This document shows, piece after piece, positions 50,046 through 61,103 of a stretch of DNA of 64,000 nucleotides; within the stretch, counting starts at the first letter, position 1; each line of letters opens with the position of its first letter. The notes beneath the pieces are model-generated. The model ran no database searches. It was not told where the DNA came from and saw nothing but the letters and a program-made list of their open reading frames with translations. The DNA comes from Sphyrna mokarran. Its lineage: Eukaryota. The DNA lies in assembly GCA_024679065.1 (NCBI GenBank), contig JAGIQG010000009.1, positions 81,654,001 to 81,718,000 of the forward strand. Direction: 5' to 3'. The translations under genes were made by a program, and so were the position numbers.

Positions 50046-50388
50046 CCCGTGAGAATTCAAAAACCCCGCTACCCTACTAGCCCTCCCCTCCCAGAGGAGG
50101 TCAAGACAGGGGCACTGCCACCCTGGTGTGCCTTCGCGATCACTTCTCTCCCGATGAGGTGGGGTGAGCTGTGGAAGAAGGACCGGCTGCAGGCCATTTC
50201 CCAACGGATTCAGACCAGCAACATACCTGCGGCATTCGGCAACACCTACACGCGTCAGCAGCCTGCTGACCCTCTCTGTCTACCGACTTGGGAGTCCAAC
50301 GCATCGCATTCGTCCTGTGCCTCACCCACGTGATGCCTCTCCTCTCCCCTCGCAAGAGATGTCCAGGAGTTCATGATATGGTGCCTAG
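50046..50388 (+). pseudogene. Frameshifted constant-exon copy b (pseudo-exon or error-rich assembly copy)
   Basis: Recognisable C sequence with dozens of 1-nt indels. Confidence 0.75.
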
Positions 50389-50923
50389 AGTGTCTAGAGC
50401 AGTCCACAGAGTAATCACAACTTTGAATAGATCAGCGGGTGTACTGGGAGGTAAAGGTCACTGCAAGCATTGTACTACAATTCTCTTCCTTCCTGGCCTA
50501 GGAGTGTCCTAGAGACACTTCTGAATTCTCCCTAAAGTGTCTCAAATTTGGTTTTTAATCCATAGATCTATAAACATGGACAGGGATCACTGGTACAGGT
50601 GGGAACATCGGGGTGGCGGCGCGGGCTCGTTGGGCCGAATGGCCTGTTTCCCGTGCTGTTTTGTTCTTTGTTCTTTATTCATTATTACCCAAATGCTCTC
50701 TCACTGATACACCTTCCACATGCTGAGTTTCATTGTCTAAAACTGCTAAAATTGCCCCTTCTCTTGTTGGGATTGTTCCGTACTGGTTAAAAACGTTCCC
50801 CTCGAATGGATTTTCAGAATTCTGCAACATCAAATCATTGACACTGATTTGATCCCAGTTAATATTCGGGATGTTGAAAGCCTGAAAATGGCAGTGATTA
50901 AAATTCCTTCTCTTCTCTTTCAG

Positions 50924-51252
50924 CCCGTGAGAATTCACAACCCACGCTGACCCTGCTGCCCCCCTCCCCAGAGGAGGTCAAGACCAAGGGCACTGCCACC
51001 CTGGTGTGCCTTGCCGATCACTTCTATCCCGATGAGGTGGAGGTGAAGTGGAAGAAGGACGGTGCAGCCATTTCCAACGGGATTCAGACCAGCAACTACC
51101 TGCGAGCTTCAGACAACACCTACAGCGTCAGCAGCCTGCTGACCCTCTCTGGCTCCGACTGGGAGTCCAACGCTCGCTTCTCCTGTGCCCTCACCCACGT
51201 GAGCCTCTCCTCTCCCCTCAGCAAGAGTGTCAGGAGTTCAGAATGTGCCTAG
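50924..51252 (+). CDS. IGKC: Ig light-chain constant exon, cluster 2, copy c
   Basis: Intact; same protein as copy a; followed by the full 3' UTR. Confidence 0.93.
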
Positions 51253-51725
51253 AGTGTTAGAGACAGTCCACAGAGGAGACACAACTTGGAATAGATCAGG
51301 GGTGAGCTGGGAGGGTAAAGGTCACTGTCAGCATTGAACTACAATTCTCTTCCTTCCTGGGACTGGGTCTGAGACACTTCTGAGGGTCAGGGGTTAAAGA
51401 ACATTGTTGGGATATTGTAGAGGGAGCTTTACTCTGTATTAACCCCGTGCTGTTCCTTCATTGGGAGTGCTGGAGACTGTCAGCTGTACAGAAATAATGT
51501 GACCCTCTGAAGTGTCTGCTTCAGTAAACCAGACCTCCTTCCTGCTCATCCTGCAGTTACAATTGAAGATTTAGTTACTGTTTAAAGGGATTGGATTCTC
51601 ATGTTATTGAGAAAATCTCCTCAAGTGTTTTAATAAACCTCCATTCTCCCTGTGAATTTCTCCAGCTTCCTCTGGCTGGGCAGTTTTTCAAGTCTTTTTT
51701 CTGTCAATGTCAATGTGTAAAAGGT

Positions 51726-51731
51726 AATAAA
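51726..51731 (+). terminator. Polyadenylation signal, cluster 2
   Basis: AATAAA at the position equivalent to 23554; an additional AATAAA at 51632-51637. Confidence 0.7.
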
Positions 51732-51985
51732 CATTAAGAATATTCAGTATCTGTCTGGTGAGTGCTTTGGAAATGTCCCACCTCCCCATCAGCTGATTGG
51801 CTGCATTTCACCAAGTGATTGTCCTGATGGGTTGCTTGGACTGTCAATCAATGACACAGTAAGAAGTCTGACAACACCAGGTTAAAGTCCAACAGGTTTA
51901 TTTAGTAGCACAAACCACTCGCTTTCGGAGCACTGACCCTTCATCAGGTGAGTGGGAATTCTGTTCAGAAACAGGGCATATAAAC

Positions 51986-53868
51986 AGGGAGCTAAAGAAT
52001 GAGTTGAGGAGAGCTAAGAGGGGACACGAGAAGACTTTGGCTGATAGGATTAAGGAGAATCCTAAAGCTTTCTTTAGACATGTTAAGAATAGAAGATTGG
52101 TTAGGGCAAGATTAGGGCCAGTCATAGACAGCAGTGGGAAGTTGTGCGTGGAGCCTGAAGAGATTGGAGAGGCACTGAATAAATATTTCTCTTCGGTATT
52201 CACGCAGGGAGATGTAAATGTAGTTGTGGAGAACACTGAGGTACAGGGTTGCAAACAGGAAAGTATTGAAGTAGATAGGGAGGATGTGCTAGATATTCTT
52301 GAGGGTTTGAAGTTAGATAAGTCCCCTGGGCCGGACGGGATTTACCCTAGGATTCTCTGGGAGGCAAGAGAGGCGATTGCAGAGCCTCTGGCTCTGATCT
52401 TCAGGTCGTCGTTGGTTACGGGTATAGTTCCGGAAGACTGGAGGATAGCGAATGTGGTCCCATTGTTCAAGAAGGGGAAGAGAGACCTTCCAGGGAATTA
52501 TAGGCCAGTGAGTCTTACTTCTGTTGTGGGCAAAGTATTGGAGAGAATTATTAGGGATAGGATTTATAGTTATTTAGAGAGAAATGAATTGATTGGGGAT
52601 AGTCAGCATGGTTTTGTGAAGGGTAGGTCGTGCCTTACTAACCTCATTGAGTTTTTTGAAAAAGTGACCAAAGAGGTGGATGGGGGTAAGGCAGTTGATG
52701 TGGTATATATGGACTTTAGTAAGGCGTTTGATAAGGTGGCCCATGGAAGACTTCTGCAGAAAATGCAGATGTATGGGATAGAGGGTGATTTAGCTAATTG
52801 GATTAGGAATTGGCTAGCAGATAGAAGACAGAGGGTGGTGGTTGATGGGAGATATTCATCGTGGAGTTCGGTGACAAGTGGTGTACCTCAGGGGTCTGTT
52901 TTGGGGCCCCTGCTGTTTGTAATTTTTATAAATGATCTGCATGAGGGTATTGAAGGATGGATTAGTAAATTTGCAGATGACACTAAAGTCGGTGGAGTGG
53001 TAGATAGTGAAGAGGGGTGTTATAGTTTGCAGAGAGACTTGGACAAGTTGCAGAGCTGGGCCGAGAGGTGGCAAATGGAGTTTAATGTGGAAAAGTGTGA
53101 GGTAATGCACTTTGGCAGGAATAATAAATGTGTAGAGTATAGGGCTAATGGTAGGATTCTTAATAGTGTTGATGAACAGAGGGATCTTGGTGTATATGTG
53201 CATAGATCCCTGAAAGTAGGCAGTCAAGTCGATAAGGTTGTTAAGAAGGCATACGGAGTCTTAGCTTTTATTGGTAGGGGGATTGAATTTCGGAGCCGCA
53301 ACGTCATGTTGCAACTGTACAAAACTCTAGTGCGGCCGCACTTGGAGTATTGTATGCAGTTCTGGTCCCCACATTATAAGAAAGATGTGGAGGCATTGGA
53401 GAGGGTACAGAGGAGGTTTACCAGGATGTTGCCTGGTATGGAGGGCAGGTCTTATGAAGAGAGGCTGAGGGATTTGAGGTTGTTTTCGTTAGAAAGGAGG
53501 CGGCTAAGAGGAGACCTTATCGAAACATATAAGATGATTAGAGGTTTAGATAGGGTGGACAGTGATAGCCTTTTTCCTAGGATGGAGAAAGCTAGCACGA
53601 GGGGACACAGCTTTAAATTAAGGGGTGATAGTTATAGGACGGATATCAGAGGTAGGTTCTTTACCCAAAGGGTGGTTCGGGAGTGGAATGCCCTGCCGGC
53701 AGCAGTTGTAGATGCGCCAAGTTTGGTGGTGTTTAAGAGGTTAGTTGATAAGTATATGGAAGAGAAGGGAATGGTTTAGTTTGGAGGGGCATTGCTTTTT
53801 TCATAATTGGTCGGCGCAACATCGAAGGCCGAAGGGCCTGTTCTGTGCTGTAATGTTCTATGTTCTAT
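51986..53868 (+). mobile_element. Young CR1-clade LINE, 591-aa open RT region
   Basis: ORF 52004-53779 with KSPGPDG, YMDFSKAFD, FADDTK; (TTCTATG)n tail. Confidence 0.95.
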
Positions 53869-56804
53869 ACCCTTCATAATTTTGTACACCTCAATTAGAT
53901 CTCTCCTCATTCTCCATTTATCCAGGGAGAACAACCCCAGTTTCCCCAATCTTTCCTCATAGCTAAGATCCTCCATACCAGGCAACATCCTGGTGAACCT
54001 CAAGGTGTAAATCTTGGTGATGGACATTGAATTCCCCACCCAGAGTACATTCTGTGTCCTTCCCACCCTCAGTGCTTCCTCCAAGTGATGTTCAACATGG
54101 AGGAGAACTGGTTCATCAGCTGAAGGGGACGGTATGTGGTAACCAGAGGAGGTTTCCTTGTCTGTGTTTGACATGGTACCGAGAGACTACATGGAGTCTG
54201 GAATATTGTTGAGGATTCCCAGGATAACTCCCTCCTGACTGTATCCCACTGTGCCTTCTGTGCTGGGAGATTGGAGGTAGTGAACACGGTTCACCATTTT
54301 CTCCCGTCTCAGTAACAAACATCCAACTTCTCGAACTAGTACAGTAAAACGGTATTGAACGTTTCGTGGTGTCAGGTGTCGTGAGTGAGAGGGAAAAATT
54401 TAGATTGGGGACTTAAAATGTCACTCAGTGAATTTTTCAAATAATTAGAAAGATGGAAATGAATTAATTTGCTGTAAGTTATTAAAGCTTTCAACCAGGA
54501 GGGAGAGTGAGAGAGAGGAGAGAAAGACAGAAGCAGCAAGAGAGAGAGAGAGAGAGAGACAGAGCGAGAGGGTTTCCCTCGGGGAGTTCCTGAGCAGTGA
54601 CGGGCAGGGACTGAGGAAATGGGAGTTTCAGCTGTTTAGATTGTTCCTGTCGGTGTCAGTCTCCAAGATTCCTCCCACCCCCTCCACTGCTTGTGTTTTT
54701 ATTTCTTTTGAGTCTGAAAGTTTAATGTTGTTCAGATAATTGTTCCCGTCTCAGTAACAAATATTCGGCTGCTTCTTTCACTTCCTCTGTTGGTTACGTT
54801 TCAATCTTCCAATCTGACAGTCTTTGGGAAAATATTTCAAAATATCTATCCCCCAATCCATGTTTTGAAATATTTTCCCAAATTTTTGACTGTTGGGTTT
54901 TTAGTTCCTGCCATTATAATTTTGACATTATTTTCCAAAGGGAATTCCTCTAATTCTGTGCAATGTTCAGATGAAAAGAAGAACGAAAGGATCCAAGGCT
55001 GTTCCAGAGGCAGATTAGCTGCACCCGACGTTGTCCGTGCAAATCACATTCATAAGGAGGGACTCATCTGCCATGGAATGTGAGAGAAGAGTTGCCAATA
55101 CAAACTTCTTTTCACTGTGGTTGATTTCCCAGATTTAACAATCTCCTTGAATCTTATTTCCAACCAAGTTCCCCCACGGGGACAATTCTTCCAAGTTCAC
55201 CACATGACTGAACATTTGAGCACCTGGCTCATGGTTACAGGGACAAACAGCTCACTAATTGCTCACTAGGACACTGTACTTTAATTACCTTTCCCAGAGA
55301 TAATTAGGCAGCACAAAGAAGATGCTACATTATTTTCAGTTTGCAAGATTCTCCCAAGTCCATCCCCCCCCCGCCCCCTCTGCTATTTTTCGATCCCGGA
55401 CGCGCTGTTTCAGGTTTTTTCAAACTGCGCATGTGCAGTTCAGAGCTCGGATCCTTCCGGCAGTGCTAAGCCCCGCCCACAGCACGGATCGGATTGAAGC
55501 CGGGAAGAAGCGGATGGACTCACTGTACAGATAATTCCGGGATCAGATCCGTATTCCACCCGGATCCGGCCCTTAGGCTCCGATTGGGAAAATCAGGCCC
55601 AGAGTGAACTCTTTACAACAACAGCTTCAACTTTCAGATTGCTGAATCCATTCCCCCCTCGAGCAGAATGGACCTTGTGCTTTTATTTCCAGAGAATCAC
55701 AAATGGAACAAGATTGGCAGCAACATTAAGAAGATTTTTATTCCCACACCATGGTCATGGTTTAGAACCAAGTGGCACAGTGGTTAACACTGCTGTATAA
55801 CAGCTCCAGGGACTTGGGTTTCATTCCCGGTTTGGATCACTGTGGAATTTGCACATTCTCCCTTTGTCTGCTTGCGTTTCCTTTGGCTGCTCCGGATTCC
55901 TTCCGCAGTCAAAGATATGTGGGTTAGGTTGATTGGCAATGCTAAATTACCCCTCAGTGTCCCAGGATGTGGAGGTTAGAGAGATTAGTGAGGTAAATGT
56001 GTGGGGTCCCCGAGATAGGATGTGGGTTGGAATTGTTGATGGTATAGACTCGTTTGGCCAAATGGACTCCTTCTGCACGTTAGGGATTCTGTGGAAAATG
56101 ATTTAACCCCTTCAGGACCACTGTTATTTTCTACTTGGGGACAGGAGATCTGATATGGACACACTGTTCAATAAGAATCTGACCTTTCAGCAAGTGACCT
56201 TTGAGATACAAAGATGTTATCGAAGATAAAGAATATGTGTTAATAAACATGTGGGACTTTCAATCTGGATACAAAGCTACACACATCAGGAAGAGGGACT
56301 TTCAATTTTGATTGTGGAAATTATAATTCTTACAAACTTTAAAGGCTCAGGTTTGGGTCCTGATCATGTTCTCAACAGGAAATGTTTATTGTAGAAGGTT
56401 TGAGAACAATTGACACAAATCCAAATGCTGAAAGCTTCTGTGCCGAAAGAAGAGTTTAAAATGTGTTTGTCTCTTCACAAAATATAAACCCAAAAGTTTA
56501 ATGGATGCAATTTGTAGCAGAGTTAAAGAAGGCAGCTCAACAATAAAACTATTCGGATCTGGAATCATTTTAAAATCACCAGCAACAGTCTCCAGAGTTA
56601 CTTTTGAGAGAATAGAATGTTGTTTGAGGTGTTCAGACCCACACTGATGTTAAATGTGAGAGGATCTCAAAGCTCAGAATGGGAACATGGAACACTGGTT
56701 CTTAGTGGTGTAGATTTTCACTTTAGTATCCTGTGAGAAAAGTGTGTGAACCAGGGAGAAATAGTCCAGTCTTTGTGTGAACAATTAATACAGAATATTC
56801 ATTC

Positions 56805-57640
56805 ATAGAACATAGAACACTACAGCATAAACAGGCCCTTCGGCCCATAAGTTGTGCCGATCATATCTATACTTACCAGGCCATAGAATTATCTATAACT
56901 CCCAATCCCATTAAATCCCATGTACTCATCCAGAAGTCTCTTAAAAGACCCCAGCGAGTTTGCCTCTACCACCACTGACGGCAACCGATTCCATTGACTC
57001 ATCACCCTCTGAGTGAAAAACTTACCTCCAACGTCTCCTCTGTACTTACCCTCCCAGCACCTTAAACCTGTGTCCTCTCGTGGTGACCATTTCAGCCCTG
57101 GGAAATAGCCTCCAAGAATCCACTCTCTCTACTCCTCTCAACATCTTATAAACCTCTATCAGGTCGCCTCTCAACCTTCATCTCTCCAGGGAGAAGAGAC
57201 CAAGCTCTCTCAACCTATCTTCATAAGGCATGCTCCCCAATCCAGGCAACATCCTTGTAAATCTCCTCTGCACCCTCTCAATAACTTCCACATCCTTCCT
57301 ATAGAGAGGTGACCAGAACTGCACACAATACTCCAAGTGGGGTCTGACAAGGGTCTTATAAAGTTGCAGCATTATCTCCTCACTCCGAAACTCAATTCCT
57401 CTATTAATGAAGGCCAGTACACCATATGCCTGCTTGACCACATCCTCCATTTGCGGGGCAGGTTTAAGAGTCCTATGGACTTGGACCCCAAGATCCTTCT
57501 GCTCCTCAACACTGCCAAGACTCCTACCCTTGATATTATACTCCTTCATTCCATTGGTCCTGCCAAAATGGACCACCACACATTTATCTGCGTTGAAGTC
57601 CATCGGCCAATTCTCCGCCCAGTCTTGCATCCTATCTACA
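56805..57640 (-). mobile_element. CR1-clade LINE 3' fragment (paralogue of 26870-27752)
   Basis: ORF 57178-57684, tail repeats. Confidence 0.9.
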
Positions 57641-58229
57641 ATACATGACAATACATGCATGAACTGAGGGCTAGACACACACACTATTACATGAAGCTAC
57701 CCCTTTCTTCTCAATCACCTCTGTTTCCTGAACATTGAGATTTCCCTTTGATCCAAAACAATATCCAATATTATGTAACTCTCAGCTAAATCCAATGAAT
57801 AATTATCCCACACAGGTTATATGGCAGCATTCGGGATCCCTGACTCCTTTACGGTGACAAACTCTCATCGTGTGGGTCGGACCCTCACTGGTTATGTATT
57901 CAGTCCAAGGTGGGACAGAATGTTAAACATCGACACGAGCCCAGACCGAATGTCTCGGGTTGCAGGGGAGAGAAGCCTGACCACAACCAGAAAGTTTCTG
58001 GAACAAAGCAATGGAACAATCGCAAGGGGAAGGGGGCAGGTGAACCTGGACACAGGAAAGAGCAGGAAAGTGGAGGATTCAGTGAGAAATGGAGGGGAGA
58101 TGGTGAGAATGCAGAATAAATGGAGGGAAGTAGGGAGGGTGACAGCAGCTGGTGAAACTGTTGGAGTTGAATAGTTAGTGTGTGTATTTGATGTCATGAG
58201 AGACTGTTGCTATCCAAAGTGGGAGAGAT

Positions 58230-59925
58230 GCTGATTGTAATCAGTGGAGGAGACTGGATTTGGAAATAACTCACTAAAGGCTTTATTGATGAGAAGAAGT
58301 ATTTCCAATGAAGGGTTTAACAACACAAACAGACAGATCTATTACCAACAACATCCTGACTCCAACTGAAGCCTCCAGTCCCAGGAATGATCACCCTCAC
58401 TCCCGATTGGCCCAGGTTCACATCCTCACAGTCCATTGGCTCCGGTCTGGTCATGGGGCCTGTGAAGGATTGCCCCTTAAAGGGGCCAGGTTCACACACT
58501 CCTTCCCCTGGAACATCTTGGACTCTCTGTGATCAAACAAAAAGTACAACAGTTAACACACAGGCAGACAAAAAAACAATATTACCCTCTCAACATGAGG
58601 TTGCCATCATTAAACAATCTGTCCCCTTTCTGAGAGTCACGATACCCTTTCTGAGAGGCTCGCTGAGCCTCCATCCTCCCCGACAAATTTGGTAACAATA
58701 AATCTAAACAGGTACACAGGCACCGACCCATTAACAACTCTGCGGGTGTGACCCCAACATGACCCCAGTGATGATGTGAGGTGTAGTGTTGTGGGACAGC
58801 AAATAACTGGTCAATGGCAATGGCAGCGGTCCATGAACCTGCTTCATGTGGAGCCTTGAACATCAGCATGGCTCCACTGACCCATTCGAGGCAGGATGGT
58901 CGGGGGCTGGCCTGACGTGACAAATGTCATTAGACTTGATCAAAGTCTGAGATTCATCAGCGTGAATGCTGCTCCGTTGTCTGATAGCAACAATTCAGGA
59001 AGACCATGGATCACAAAGATCTGCCTCAGTTTATCGATGGTAAATGGAGGATGTGATGGGTCTCATGAACTGATCGTCCAGTCACTTGGAATGGGCATCG
59101 ACTAACACCAGGAACATCTGTCCAAAACCTACATGAAGCCGTGACCAAGGGACCATATTCACTGATGGAGGTAACACTTGCTGAGTTGGACAACTCTCAC
59201 ACTGCTCAACCATTTGTTCAATGTCTCTGTCAATACCATAACTTCTGACCAACACTATCATTCTGCTCTGGCCAGGATGGGTATCATGTAAATCTTGGAG
59301 CAGTGGCCATGCCCAGGGGGTTGTTTGCTGACACAGACCTCCCCTACAATCGCACCCCCTCTTCACAGGGTATCTGGTCCCTGCAATGTAAATACAACTT
59401 CATTTGTTCTGTTTTGTCAAAGTGCCACCCGGACAGTACCATTTTCTTTCTCTTTGCTAACATCAGCTCCCTATCTATCCACATCTGAATGTGGGCTGCT
59501 GAGACAGGCAGGGTGTCCAAATAATGCAGAGCCAATACTATCTCCTGTGGACTAGGCGGTGACGGTATGGTCTGTGGTAGCGGCAGGCGGCTCAAAGCAT
59601 CTGCATTTGAGATCTGTGTTCCGGGCCTATGCTAGAAGGTTTAGCTGTTTATGCCAGCAGCAATGCCCATCTCTGCACCCTGGCAGAAGCAATAGGTGGC
59701 ACTGGCTTAATGTCCTGGAAAAGTCCCAACAACAGCTTGTGGTCTGACACAATGGTGAAATGCCGCCTAAAGACATATTGGTGAAATTTTTCGCTGTGTG
59801 GATAACTGCTAAGTTTTCTATGTCAATTTGTGAGTACATTTTGTCAACATTTAATGAAGTCCTCGAAGAAAATGAATTTCGCCTCTTCATCCCATCTGCC
59901 ATTCTATGGGACAGAATTGGTCCAA
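58230..59925 (-). mobile_element. Decayed Gypsy-type remnants, unit B copy
   Basis: LHDTHPGQSRM..CESC and RNase H-like fragments homologous to 28390-31350. Confidence 0.72.
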
Positions 59926-60044
59926 CAGAAACAGAGATGACAGGGATCATGGATAGAAGTGGGAACATCGAAGTGGCGGCATGGGCTCGTTGGGTCGAAG
60001 GGCCTGTTTCCTGTGCTGTTTTGTTCTTTGTTCTTTCATTCTGA

Positions 60045-60250
60045 CACTAAGGAGCAATTTAGCATGGCCAATCAGTCTAACTGCACATCATTGGACTGTG
60101 GGAGGTAACCAGAGCACCCAGAGGAAACTCACACAAACATGGGGAGAACATGCAAGTTCCACACAGACAGTGACCTGATGCTGGAATTGACCCTGGGTCC
60201 CTGGCGTTGTGAGGCAGCAGCGTTAACCACTGTGCCACCTTGCCACCCCT
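60045..60250 (-). mobile_element. HE1-like SINE 5' part
   Basis: Reverse-complement head GGTGGCACAGTGGTTAACGCTGCTGCCTCAC and core. Confidence 0.75.
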
Positions 60251-60464
60251 TTCACACTGAGGTGATTCTATTAATATTGGTGAGGTTGAAATCCCCGACT
60301 ACTATAGCCCAATTCCTCTCATACCCCTCTCTGTGATTTGCCTACATATCTGCTCCTCTATCTCCCTCTGAGTGTTGGGAGGGCTGTGTTATAATCCCAT
60401 ACAATGATTGCTCTTTATATTTCTCAGCTCCACCCATATGGACTTTTTTGAAGAGCCTCATTAT

Positions 60465-61101
60465 CCAAGAAGGCATATGGTGTACTGGCCTTCATTAATA
60501 GAGGAATTGAGTTTAGGAGTCGGAAATTAATGCTGCAACTTTATAAGACACTTGTCAGATCCCACTTGGAGTATTGTGTGCAGTTCTGGTCACCTCACTA
60601 TAGGAAGGATGTGGAAGCTACTGAGAGGGTGCAGAGGAGATTTACAAGGACGTTGCCTGGATTAGGGGGAATGCCTTATGAAGTTAGGTTGAGAGAGCTA
60701 GGTCTCTTTTCCCTGGAGAGACGAAGGTTGAGAGGCGACCTGATTGAGGTTTATAAGATGTTGAGAGGAATAGATAGAGTGGATTCTTGGAGGCTATTTC
60801 CCAGGGCTGAAATGGTCGCTATGAGAGGACACAGATTTAAGGTGCTGGGGGGCAAGTACAGAGGAGATGTTAGAGGTTAGTTTTTCACTCAGAGGGTGAT
60901 GAGTGAATGGAATTGGTTGCAGTCAGCGGTGGTAGAGGCAAACTCGCTGGGGTCTTTTAAGAGATTTCTGGATGAGTACATGGGAGTTAATGGGTTTGGG
61001 AGATACAGATAGTTCTATGGCCTGGTAGGTATAGATATGATCAGCACAATATGCAGGCTGAAGGTCCTGTTTGTGCTGTAGTGTTGTATGTTCTACGTTC
61101 T
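60465..61101 (+). mobile_element. CR1-clade LINE 3' fragment; its 3' end also occupies 1-98
   Basis: ORF 60530-60880; ATTAT duplication; empty site at ~32687. Confidence 0.9.
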
Positions 61102-61103
61102 AT

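Larger units (their letters stand above)
48766..51382 (+). repeat. Tandem triplication (~860-900 bp units) containing the C exon
   Basis: Units start AATTCTC(C)CTAAAGTGTCTCAA at 48766, 49625 and 50524. Confidence 0.92.
32689..61103 (+). repeat. Segmental tandem repeat unit B (Ig light-chain cluster 2 plus flanks)
   Basis: Same order of V, minisatellite, J, intron blocks, C and downstream repeats as unit A. Confidence 0.9.
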
